Source: Ruminococcus sp. (GTDB taxonomy: Bacteria; Bacillota; Clostridia; Oscillospirales; Acutalibacteraceae). Taken from it: 64,000 bases of DNA. The notes under the pieces were generated by a model, which saw only the letters and a program-made list of their open reading frames with translations, did no database searches and was not told the origin of the DNA. The stretch spans positions 24,524-88,523 of the forward strand of contig JAFSZY010000041.1 of NCBI GenBank assembly GCA_017458845.1, in the 5' to 3' direction. Of the stretch, positions 8,708 to 16,785 are shown one piece after another. Position 1 is the stretch's first letter. Each line of letters starts with the position of its first letter. Both the position numbers and the translations under genes were made by a program.

Positions 8708-8896
8708 TTATTTCTTATCGTTTTCTTTTTTGTCTTTATTGAGACCCGCGTTGATGATTGAGAGAATCGCCATAAGAACGCCGCTTACGCAAACCGCAAT
8801 CCAGCTGATGTTCCAAGCGTTGCCGAGAACTCCCCACAGCACCATTACAAGCGCTCCGATAAACGGCAAAATACCAATTATTGTCTTGAGATTCAT
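8708..8896 (-). CDS. Small two-TM membrane protein (62 aa)
   Basis: MNLK..VMVLWGVLGNAWNISWI..; GAAGGAG RBS; first gene after the direct-repeat promoter. Confidence 0.85.
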   Translation of the reverse strand: MNLKTIIGILPFIGALVMVLWGVLGNAWNISWIAVCVSGVLMAILSIINAGLNKDKKENDKK

Positions 8897-8946
8897 AATT
8901 GTACTCCTTCCCGGTGAAAAAGTGTTGCAAAAAAATCACCAAAATT

Positions 8947-9016
8947 ATTTATAATAATTTTGACGTTTCCTGTCAACTAAAAATGTTTATTCGGTCGATT
9001 TTCGTGTTTATTCGGT
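8947..9016 (-). promoter_or_regulatory. Sigma70-type promoter (TTGACA-17-TATAAA) preceded by a 12-bp direct repeat with 21-bp period (ACCGAATAAACA x2): probable LytTR operator
   Basis: Repeats at 8984-8995 and 9005-9016; the -35 box lies 7 bp downstream of the proximal copy. A 21-bp period is the established geometry of LytTR-family binding sites. Confidence 0.75.
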
Positions 9017-9029
9017 AGGAAATAAGGGC

Positions 9030-9057
9030 AAAAAGGACTGCCAATACTGGCAGTCCC
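9030..9057 (-). terminator. Terminator after DUF3021
   Basis: GGACTGCCA-gtat-TGGCAGTCC-TTTTT. Confidence 0.8.
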
Positions 9058-9065
9058 GTTTGAAT

Positions 9066-9548
9066 CTATTTGTCTTTATCTTTCAGCTTTTGCAGTTCCT
9101 CGTTGAATTTTTTGATATCCGACTTGTACCTGATATAGTTAATAAGCCAGATGGAAGTGTATACCACAATGAACACCCCGAGCATAATCAGGATTTCAAC
9201 AATGTCGGTAATCGCGAACCAATGAAGCAGGAAACCTGTTGTGTAGTAGAGCACAAGCGTTATGACACAATGCACGGCTGTGGATTTTAACACGCTCCAC
9301 TTTTCGACGTCGTAGGCTACCGTAGCGCCTATAACAAGTCCGCCGTATATTCCCGACACAACCGCCTGAATAACCAGCGCGAGTGAAGCGTTGCCCACTT
9401 GCTTTACAAATGACGGAGCGCAGAACGCTATCTCTCCGCCGTTCTCGTAATGCGAAGCCAGAATCATAGTGATGACGGTGCACAGTATTGCTCCGAGCAT
9501 GAAACCGACCGCGAATAACAGCAGGAATTTTTGTTTATTGCTCATCAT
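9066..9548 (-). CDS. DUF3021-family membrane protein (LytTR regulatory system inhibitor-like)
   Basis: Four TM segments; YDVEKWSVLKSTAVH; basic C-terminal tail; ATG overlaps the LytTR stop. Confidence 0.85.
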   Translation of the reverse strand: MMSNKQKFLLLFAVGFMLGAILCTVITMILASHYENGGEIAFCAPSFVKQVGNASLALVIQAVVSGIYGGLVIGATVAYDVEKWSVLKSTAVHCVITLVLYYTTGFLLHWFAITDIVEILIMLGVFIVVYTSIWLINYIRYKSDIKKFNEELQKLKDKDK

Positions 9549-10018
9549 TCACCCTCCTTGCTTTTCAGAAAATTCTTGATAGAGTTGATGTATCTTCTTG
9601 AAGCGTAGGTCTTGACACCGTTGTCAAACTCTATTCCGATTGTGCCCGATACGCTGACGTCGAACCTCTTTACCTTGTATATGTTGATAATCTCGGACTG
9701 AGAAATCCGTACAAAGCGGCTGCTGTACAGCTCCTCCTCAATCCTGGTGAGAGTTTGTTTAACTATATAGTAGCGGTCCTCGGTGTCCAGTACAATCTGG
9801 CGCCCCTCGGTTCGAATGCGCATAATATCGTTCTGCGGGATTAGCTCCAGCTTGCCGTCCGAATAGGCGGGGATGACCGTCAGGTCTGTTTTTGACGCGT
9901 CCCTGACAGCTTCGACTATCCTGTCTACACGTTCGGATTTTTCCTTGGCGCGAATGGTAATCTCGGGCTCTTCGCAGTTGTCGTCAATGATTAAATTGAC
10001 CTTGATATTGTCAGACAT
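9545..10018 (-). CDS. Stand-alone LytTR-family transcriptional regulator (no receiver domain)
   Basis: FVRISQSEIINIYKVKRF..GIEFDNGVKTYASRRY LytTR motif; N-terminus IKVNLIIDDNCEEPEITIRA; start set at ATG 10018; TTTACA-17-TAGAAT promoter upstream. Confidence 0.9.
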   Translation of the reverse strand: MSDNIKVNLIIDDNCEEPEITIRAKEKSERVDRIVEAVRDASKTDLTVIPAYSDGKLELIPQNDIMRIRTEGRQIVLDTEDRYYIVKQTLTRIEEELYSSRFVRISQSEIINIYKVKRFDVSVSGTIGIEFDNGVKTYASRRYINSIKNFLKSKEGE

Positions 10019-10083
10019 CACGCACCACATCCTTTCATCATTTGCCCTAATTCTATCACAGTAAAAGAAGTTTGTAAACACAG

Positions 10084-10112
10084 AAACAGGGCAGCGGAAT
10101 TTCCGCTGCCCT
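10084..10112 (-). terminator. Terminator after the starch-binding protein gene
   Basis: AGGGCAGCGGAA-a-TTCCGCTGCCCT then GTTTC. Confidence 0.75.
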
Positions 10113-10144
10113 TCACTGAGTGCTGAATACTGAATACTAAATAC

Positions 10145-13100
10145 TTACTTCACTTTTATCTTTACCGTCACGGTCTTAGTGCCCGGCTTATAGGTTGTAT
10201 TGCCCTTGGCGGTAACTTTAACTTTGATAGAATAAGTACCTTTATTCGTGCCTTTCTTTACTGTAATTTTGCCTGTCTTGGCGTTCACTGTAAAGAATTT
10301 CTTGCCCGAAGTTTTCTTGTAGCTTATAGTTCCCTGAGCTTTGCTGACTGTTATCGCCTTAACAGTTACAGCCTTTTTCTTGACTGTATTGTACTTAACG
10401 GTCTTAGCTGAGGCTTTAACTTTCATCGGGTTGGTTTTCTTGACAATATTAATCTTCACGGTCGCGGACTTGCCGTTGTTGGTTGCCGTGATGATAACCG
10501 AGCCAGCCTTTAAGCCTTTTACAACGCCGGACGAGGAAACTGTCGCAACCTTTGTGTTGCTGGACTTGAACGTAGTACTGCCTACACCGTAATCAACGGT
10601 CGCCTTGACAGTTGTGGTGCTTCCAACATAAATTGTGGACTTGGTCGCCTTAAGCTTGATTGTGGTCTCGGGAGCCTGCGTTTCGGTGGGCTCTGTCGTC
10701 TGTGTTTCGGATGTCGGGTTCGTACTCTGAGTTTCCGCACTTGCCTGAGTAGGCTCGGTGGGCTGAGTTCCCTGTGTTCCGGACGTATTTGTTTCAGTGG
10801 GTTCGGTAGTCTGTGTATTCTGAGTAGGCTGTGTGGGTTGTGTGCCTGTAGCCTGTGTCTCGGTGGACTGTGTAGGCTGAGTATACGTCTCGGGTTCTGT
10901 AGGTTCGGTAACAGCGGGAGCCTCTTCTCCGATAGTTATACTCGTTCCACCCGCAGCGTATTTGCCGTTTTCATCAAGCACCATTACTCCGAGGCTGTAT
11001 GTCATCTTATCTGTCGGAGTAAATGTGTATGTATTTGAAGAAGATTCCTGAACCATCTGATGGTTTACGGTGAATCTGTATGTGAGGTTATTGCTCTTGA
11101 AGTTGTAGGGTTCAGCCTTGAGAGTTATGGGTGTTCCCACGCCCTGTGTACCCGCCTTGTCAGCGCCGAAATTCACTTCACAGGGAGCTTCGTTTATAAC
11201 CGAGTCGCTCAGAAGCGCGCCCACTCTTGCGAGAGGAACGGTAATTTCATCGATATCCTCTTTCTCGTGTGAGGTTGAGGGGTCGTAGCTGTATTCAACA
11301 TTGGCGTTGTCCTGCATTGAAGCGTCGTAGGGCAGGCAGTCCATTCCCGATGTGCCGTATGTGAGAATCTGCATAGCGCCGATGCCGTTTGTTTCGATAT
11401 AGTTCTTGTCGATTCCGAGAGTGCTCAGAGGAACGGCTACCTCATAGATAAATCCGTGGTTGTTCTGATAGCCGAGGTCAAAGAAGTCAACCCAGTTTGA
11501 GTTGGGACTTAAGCTGTCGCCGAGTGAGTGCGAGCCCTTTGCTCCGCCTACGCCGAACAATGTGTCTGAAAGCGTACCGTAATTGTGGGCAATCTTGAAT
11601 CCGTTCTGGTTGTCCTGCTTTTCAAACGAGGTTACGCCTATCGGGATTCTTGTGTCGTAGTTGAACATATAGTTGTCGGTGGCTTCGTCATAGTGGTCAG
11701 CCTTGAAGATTGACGCGCCGCCGTTAGAGTTGTTGGTGTCAAAGGCTATTAAGGTGTCAACGTTTGTCTTGAAGCCTACGCCGCCATCCTTGGCAACTCC
11801 GCCGTCACATCCCCACGCATAGGGGTTTGTATAGGGATTGCCGCTCTTGTCAGTACCCCAAGCCGTGCCGTCAGCGTGGATTGAAGGGTCAACGCTCAAC
11901 GCAAGATACATAGGGATTGAGTTCCTCCACGGACGCGCCTCCTGGGAAGCCGCGAAATTGTCGCTCGGGGAGACGATATATGTGGTATTTGCCATTTCCC
12001 ACATAAAGTAGAGGTTTGTGTCGTCCCATGCGGCGTAGAGGGCATAATCGTCCCATGGCTGTTCGTGCATTGAGGATGGCATATATACGCGCGGGTCGTC
12101 GTTGGCAACGCCCTGAGCGATAATCATCGAGCTGTCCCAGTCAGAAGGGTTGCCGTCAACCGTGATTGTCTTGCTCTTGCCCAGCTGCATATTGGGATTA
12201 GTGCCGTAATAGCCGCCGACAGCGTCGCTTGTGTGCCCGTCCGAGGGTGAATAGTAAGTGGTCTTGGTCGGTGTAAATGTCTTTTTATAGGTAAAGTCTG
12301 TCGAGGTCTTAACGCCCTTATCATTCTCTGCCGTAAGGGTAAGCTTTACGGTTGAGTTGCCGATTTTGCCCTGACCGACCGAAACGGTTGTGGTTCCCGT
12401 GTACTCAAAAACAGAGCCGTCGTCTATTTGATATGTGCCCTTCACTGCGTTTTTAAGTCCGATTTTAACATTCATTGTGTCGGTTGAGAAGGCTGTTCCG
12501 CTCGCTGTGTAAGCGAAACCCGCGGGCTTGGAGTCGGGAGTTCCGTAGTCTACCCACTCGTTGTCCGCAGTGAGAAGCTTGCATTCGCCCGCTTTGAGCG
12601 GGAGTCCGCTGTTTTCGGGGTACTGCTCTTTGCCCTCGTCCTTTTCCTTGCCGTTGTTGAAGATTACGTTCTCGTTTTTGAACGCGGATGAGAACGCGTA
12701 ATAGTAAAGTCCGCTTTCGTCCGCCTGCATCTTCTCGCCCGGCCATTTGGCGTTTTCCTTGGTGCCGTAGGCGTAGATATACACGTCGTCCCAGTTGTAT
12801 TTTGAATTGTCAAAATACGCAAGCGATGAAGCCGATGGAGTAGAAACCTTGGTGTAGGTGTAGCTCTCGCTGACAGATTCATTATCAGCAGAAGCTGACA
12901 AGTCGAGCTTGATAACGTCGCCCGTCTGAGCGTCCGCGCCGAGAGTGAGTTTGGTTCCATCGGTATACTGAACGGAAGTCCCGCCGTTGATTTTGTAGGT
13001 TCCGTAAGCCGCTTCAGCCACGCTGAGGGTGACCTCAATGCTGCCTACAAAGTCACAGTTCTTGGGTGACGCGCTGACCGCCAGACCGATTGAGGGCTGT

Positions 13101-13516
13101 TCAAAATCAACCCATTCGGCGTCGTTGCAGTAGTTGCCCCAATCATTGTTGTGTCCTGTGGAGAGCACACGGCACATCTTGCCGCTTGAAGGCAAACTAA
13201 CGTTGACGGTCTGGTGTTTTGTGGAAACATCACCATCGTTGAACAGAAACTCATTGAAGCTCGCCTTAGCAGTGTACTTGTAGATGTTCCCGCCGATATT
13301 CTCCATCTTATAGTCATAAAGTCCCGAGGGTTTAGGTGAACCCTCCCAGTAATAAATACAGATATTGTCGCTCCAGCTGTCGGGTTTCTCGAAGTAGATA
13401 ACATCGCCAGAGCTGACAGCGTTCGCGGATACCGCCACTGCAGAAAACAGCGACAGTATGAGGATAGCCGAAAGCATTAAACTAATCGACTTTTTGAACG
13501 ATTTTGTTAATTTCAT
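10145..13516 (-). CDS. Non-catalytic starch-binding surface protein: CBM26-like x2, Fn3/CHB_HEX_C-like x2, CBM74-like, PKD-like, T/Q/E-rich linker, Big_2, Lys-rich C-terminal module
   Basis: IYFEKPDSWSDNICIYYW and YFDNSKYNWDDVYIYAYG..WPGEKM (CBM26-type); ITVDGNPSDWDSSMIIAQGVANDDPR..YALYAAWDDTNLY..DPSTSHEKEDIDEITVPLARVG (CBM74-type); no GH13 motifs seen. TTGACT-17-TATAAT promoter at 13550-13578. Confidence 0.75.
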   Translation of the reverse strand: MKLTKSFKKSISLMLSAILILSLFSAVAVSANAVSSGDVIYFEKPDSWSDNICIYYWEGSPKPSGLYDYKMENIGGNIYKYTAKASFNEFLFNDGDVSTKHQTVNVSLPSSGKMCRVLSTGHNNDWGNYCNDAEWVDFEQPSIGLAVSASPKNCDFVGSIEVTLSVAEAAYGTYKINGGTSVQYTDGTKLTLGADAQTGDVIKLDLSASADNESVSESYTYTKVSTPSASSLAYFDNSKYNWDDVYIYAYGTKENAKWPGEKMQADESGLYYYAFSSAFKNENVIFNNGKEKDEGKEQYPENSGLPLKAGECKLLTADNEWVDYGTPDSKPAGFAYTASGTAFSTDTMNVKIGLKNAVKGTYQIDDGSVFEYTGTTTVSVGQGKIGNSTVKLTLTAENDKGVKTSTDFTYKKTFTPTKTTYYSPSDGHTSDAVGGYYGTNPNMQLGKSKTITVDGNPSDWDSSMIIAQGVANDDPRVYMPSSMHEQPWDDYALYAAWDDTNLYFMWEMANTTYIVSPSDNFAASQEARPWRNSIPMYLALSVDPSIHADGTAWGTDKSGNPYTNPYAWGCDGGVAKDGGVGFKTNVDTLIAFDTNNSNGGASIFKADHYDEATDNYMFNYDTRIPIGVTSFEKQDNQNGFKIAHNYGTLSDTLFGVGGAKGSHSLGDSLSPNSNWVDFFDLGYQNNHGFIYEVAVPLSTLGIDKNYIETNGIGAMQILTYGTSGMDCLPYDASMQDNANVEYSYDPSTSHEKEDIDEITVPLARVGALLSDSVINEAPCEVNFGADKAGTQGVGTPITLKAEPYNFKSNNLTYRFTVNHQMVQESSSNTYTFTPTDKMTYSLGVMVLDENGKYAAGGTSITIGEEAPAVTEPTEPETYTQPTQSTETQATGTQPTQPTQNTQTTEPTETNTSGTQGTQPTEPTQASAETQSTNPTSETQTTEPTETQAPETTIKLKATKSTIYVGSTTTVKATVDYGVGSTTFKSSNTKVATVSSSGVVKGLKAGSVIITATNNGKSATVKINIVKKTNPMKVKASAKTVKYNTVKKKAVTVKAITVSKAQGTISYKKTSGKKFFTVNAKTGKITVKKGTNKGTYSIKVKVTAKGNTTYKPGTKTVTVKIKVK

Positions 13517-13711
13517 TTAAGCCACCTGACTTTCTTCTAAATTAATTATATTATATAACCAAAAACAATCAAAGTCAATCAATATATTTCAACTTTTACG
13601 CTCTATTATCCTGAGCGGACAGCCGCAGAAGATTTTCAAACTGTCATTCTGAGGAGCGTAGAGATGAAGAATCCCCCTGTTTTTTTATCACGGCATATAG
13701 AGGAAGTTAAC

Positions 13712-13769
13712 GGGCGGGCACAGAGACCCGCCCCTACGCGTTCACAGCGGGCACAGAGACCCTCCCCTA
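13712..13769 (-). repeat. Tandem GTAG-type REP palindromes
   Basis: The minus strand reads GTAG-GGGCGGG-TCTCTGTG-CCCGCCC (13712-13737), with a second, imperfect copy at 13747-13769. Confidence 0.75.
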
Positions 13770-13846
13770 CGCGTTAACTGACAAAAAGGGCGATTGAATT
13801 TTTTCGGTCACCCATAATTGTTGGTACATATTCAGCCTCCCTTTGC
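13763..13846 (+). repeat. Left copy of an ~84-bp direct repeat (partner 23325-23407)
   Basis: CCCCTACGCGTTAACTGACAAAAAGGGCGA..TTTTTCGGTC.CCC..AATTGTT.GTACATATTCA.CCTCCCTTTGC; about 9 differences from the right copy by hand count. Confidence 0.9.
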
Positions 13847-14017
13847 GGCAACACGCCTGTTATCATCAAGTACCTGTTCCGGCAGCTTACGGCACAAAAT
13901 AAAAACGCTTCGTATATCTGCGTCAACCTCGGCGAAAGCTTCTGCCCTGACGAAATCATCGACCAATCAATTTGCGTTAACGCCGACATCGGCAAGGTCA
14001 TAAACGATTTTAAGTAA
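13847..14017 (+). pseudogene. 3' remnant (56 codons) of a Sir2-family (SirTM-type) gene
   Basis: GNTPVIIKYLFRQLTAQNKNASYICVNLGESFCPDEIIDQSICVNADIGKVINDFK* matches the C-terminus of Firmicute SirTM-type sirtuins as recalled. It begins exactly where the direct repeat ends and has no start codon. Confidence 0.75.
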
Positions 14018-14109
14018 CAAAAGCTCCGGGCGTAAAACTCGGAGCTTTTCATAGACATTTTTGATATAATTTGGTATTATACAATTATCAACTATCTATG
14101 GAGGTCATT

Positions 14110-14748
14110 ATGAATCAGATTGAACGCAGGGATAATGGCTTGGCATACGTTTGCGAAGACGAAGCTTTCGCGCAGCAGGCGGAGTGCCGCAAGATTTTAC
14201 AGCAGCTTAACTTTATGGACCGTTCCGATTTTGACGGAATAAAAGAAGTTGTCAAAAAGCTGTTCGGCAAGTCGGACGAACCTTTTATCAACCCGCCGTT
14301 TTACTGCGATTACGGCTTTAATATCGAAGTCGGTAAAGAGTTTTTCGCTAACTATAACTGCACGATTATTGACGTTGCGAAGGTAAAAATCGGTGACAAC
14401 TGTATGCTCGCGCCGAATGTTGCGATTTACACAGCCGGACATCCTCTCCATCCCGACACACGTCGCTCGTATTACGAATACGGCAAGCCCGTAACAATCG
14501 GTGATAATGTTTGGATTGGCGGCAACGCGGTAGTTTTGCCCGGCGTTACAATAGGCTCGAACAGCGTGATTGGCGCGGGAAGCGTTGTTACCCGAGATGT
14601 TCCACCGTGGAGTATCGCGGCAGGCAACCCGTGCAGGGTTATCAGAACTATCACAGAAGCCGACAGAAAAAAACTATTTAAAAATGAAGAAATTGACTCT
14701 GAAGCGTGGGATGATATTGTCATCAACGGCTTCGGCGGGGAAGTGTAA
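14110..14748 (+). CDS. maa: Sugar (maltose/galactoside) O-acetyltransferase
   Basis: INPPFYCDYGFNIEVG, hexapeptide repeats, YTAGHPLHP..EYGKPVTIGDNVWIGG; GGAGG RBS; TAGACA-17-TATTAT promoter at 14052-14080. Confidence 0.92.
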   Translation: MNQIERRDNGLAYVCEDEAFAQQAECRKILQQLNFMDRSDFDGIKEVVKKLFGKSDEPFINPPFYCDYGFNIEVGKEFFANYNCTIIDVAKVKIGDNCMLAPNVAIYTAGHPLHPDTRRSYYEYGKPVTIGDNVWIGGNAVVLPGVTIGSNSVIGAGSVVTRDVPPWSIAAGNPCRVIRTITEADRKKLFKNEEIDSEAWDDIVINGFGGEV

Positions 14749-14754
14749 CAAAAG

Positions 14755-15237
14755 ATGTTAATACACAAATATGATAAAAAAGATATAAGTCAAATGATTG
14801 ATTTATGGAACGAGGTCGTCGAGGACGGTATTGCCTTTCCTCAGGAAGAGCTTTTGAATGAAGAAACAGGCGCGAAGTTTTTTGCTTCACAGAGTTATTG
14901 CGGCGTTGCAATTGATGACAGCGGAAAGGTTGTCGGATTATATATCCTGCACCCCAACAACGTCGGTCGGTGCGGGCATATCTGTAACGCAAGCTATGCT
15001 GTAAGCTCCAAGTGCAGAGGGCGGCATATCGGCGAAAAGCTCGTACTGGACTGTATAGTGCAAGCAAAAGAAATCGGTTTTAAGATTTTGCAATTCAACG
15101 CCGTTGTCGAGAGCAATATTCACGCCCGCCATCTATACGAGAGAATCGGCTTCACTCAGCTCGGTGTTATCCCGAACGGTTTTCGGATGAAGGACGGATA
15201 CTATGAAAATATCTGCCCGTATTTTATACAATTATAG
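14755..15237 (+). CDS. GNAT-family N-acetyltransferase
   Basis: CRGRHIGEKL acetyl-CoA loop; QFNAVVESNIHARHLYERIGF. Confidence 0.9.
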   Translation: MLIHKYDKKDISQMIDLWNEVVEDGIAFPQEELLNEETGAKFFASQSYCGVAIDDSGKVVGLYILHPNNVGRCGHICNASYAVSSKCRGRHIGEKLVLDCIVQAKEIGFKILQFNAVVESNIHARHLYERIGFTQLGVIPNGFRMKDGYYENICPYFIQL

Positions 15238-15348
15238 GTGAAAGAAAAACTATGACAAAGCATTAATGGTCTTGGCTTCCGAAGGATATACAATAATATA
15301 AGTTTCCGGTTGAGAGTACAGACTGATTATTGATAAGGATGTGAGATC

Positions 15349-16224
15349 ATGCACGACATCTGGAATCCGTGGCACGGCTGCAAAAAGTGCAGCGAGGGCT
15401 GCGAGAACTGTTATATGTACTTTCTTGACGCTCAGCGCGGCAAGAACGACGCGGACATCTACCGCACAAAAGCGGGTTTTAATTATCCACTGTCAAAGGA
15501 CAGAAGCGGACATTACAAGGTCAAAAGCGGCGAACAACTACGCGTGTGTATGACCTCAGACTTTTTCCTTGAGGAAGCGGACGAATGGCGTGTTGAAGCT
15601 TGGAATATCATCCGAAGCCGCCCCGACGTAGTTTTCTTTCTGCTGACAAAACGTCCTCAGAGAGTACGGGATTGCCTGCCCGATGATTGGGGCGACGGCT
15701 GGGAAAACGTCTTTTTCAACGTCAGCTGTGAGAATCAGAAGCGAGCCGACGAGCGTATCCCTATTCTGCTTTCCCTGCCGTTCAAGCACAAGGGAATTAT
15801 GTGTGCTCCGTTTATCGGCTCAGTGAGCATCCGTGAGTACCTCGCGACAGGACAACTCGAACAGGTGATATGCGACGGAGAAAACTACGCCGGAGCCCGC
15901 CCTTGTCATTATGAGTGGGTAAAGCAGCTGAGCGACGAGTGCCGGGAATTTAACGTCACCTTTGTTTTCTGCGGCACGGGAAGACGCTTCGTCAAGGACG
16001 GCAGAGAGTATCGGATCGAAGGAAACGCCTTACAAAGCGAACAGGCGCATAAATCGGAGCTTAGCTTTAAGGGCAAGCCAATCAATTTCAAGTTGACCCG
16101 ACAGCTCGGTTTCAAAATCGCCGACAAGGATTATTACAAGCCCTACTTCGGCGGGAAATGCCAAACCTGTGGAATGAAACCAATCTGCAACGGCTGCACC
16201 CGCTGCGGCAAATGCGAACAATAA
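15349..16224 (+). CDS. DUF5131 / phage Gp37-Gp68-family radical-SAM-like protein with a C-terminal Cys cluster
   Basis: WNPWHGCKKCSEGCENCYMY; LLTKRPQR; C-terminal CQTCGMKPICNGCTRCGKC. Confidence 0.85.
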   Translation: MHDIWNPWHGCKKCSEGCENCYMYFLDAQRGKNDADIYRTKAGFNYPLSKDRSGHYKVKSGEQLRVCMTSDFFLEEADEWRVEAWNIIRSRPDVVFFLLTKRPQRVRDCLPDDWGDGWENVFFNVSCENQKRADERIPILLSLPFKHKGIMCAPFIGSVSIREYLATGQLEQVICDGENYAGARPCHYEWVKQLSDECREFNVTFVFCGTGRRFVKDGREYRIEGNALQSEQAHKSELSFKGKPINFKLTRQLGFKIADKDYYKPYFGGKCQTCGMKPICNGCTRCGKCEQ

Positions 16225-16266
16225 ACCGACCTCTGTTTGGACTAAGAAATCCAAACGTAGGTTATC

Positions 16267-16317
16267 TTGACACTAATCCGAAATCGGACTATAATGACAT
16301 TGTCCGATTTCGGATTA
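16267..16317 (+). promoter_or_regulatory. Consensus promoter TTGACA-17-TATAAT with two palindromic operator copies (TCCGAnnTCGGA), probable MarR sites
   Basis: -35 at 16267-16272, -10 at 16290-16295; arms 16274-16289 and 16302-16317 form a perfect 16-bp inverted repeat. Confidence 0.85.
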
Positions 16318-16338
16318 ATTCTATTTAGGATGAGTGTT

Positions 16339-16785
16339 ATGAATAAAAAAGAAAAAGATTATTTAATCGCGCTGGGAACACAGGAAAAGCAGTTCGACGC
16401 GCTGTATAGAAAAGCGGCGTTAACATACGGCTTATCCGACTGCTCCATGTGGGTGCTCTACTTTCTGTCGCTCCACGGCGATATGACACAGCAGGAGATG
16501 ACCGGGTTGATGATGTTTCCAAAGCAAACAATCAACTCCGCTATCGGCAGTTTGCAAAAGAAAGGTTATGTCGCTTTTTCATCTGCAAAGGAAAGCTACG
16601 GCAGAAAGCGCGTCAGTCTGACTGCTGAGGGAAAAGCCCTTGTCGAAAAGACCGTTGTCAAAATGATGAACGCGGAGGAAAAGGCGCTGAAAGCGTTCGG
16701 ATATGAGAAAACAGAGCAGTTTATCGCATTGTATAAGGAATTCTATGACGCATTAACCAACAGCTTTGACGAGGTGTTGAAATGA
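16339..16785 (+). CDS. MarR-family transcriptional regulator
   Basis: TQQEMTGLMMFPKQTINSAIGSLQKKGYV..RKRVSLTAEG. Confidence 0.9.
   Translation: MNKKEKDYLIALGTQEKQFDALYRKAALTYGLSDCSMWVLYFLSLHGDMTQQEMTGLMMFPKQTINSAIGSLQKKGYVAFSSAKESYGRKRVSLTAEGKALVEKTVVKMMNAEEKALKAFGYEKTEQFIALYKEFYDALTNSFDEVLK

Noticed and set aside
10145-13516. Possible alpha-amylase
   Set aside because: No GH13 conserved regions were found; only binding modules.
13774-14058. 94-aa minus-strand ORF
   Set aside because: It overlaps the repeat and the + strand sirtuin remnant, which explains the sequence better.
15349-16224. Phage Gp37/Gp68-family gene as evidence of a prophage
   Set aside because: There are no structural, integrase or replication genes; this family is common in non-phage Firmicute contexts.
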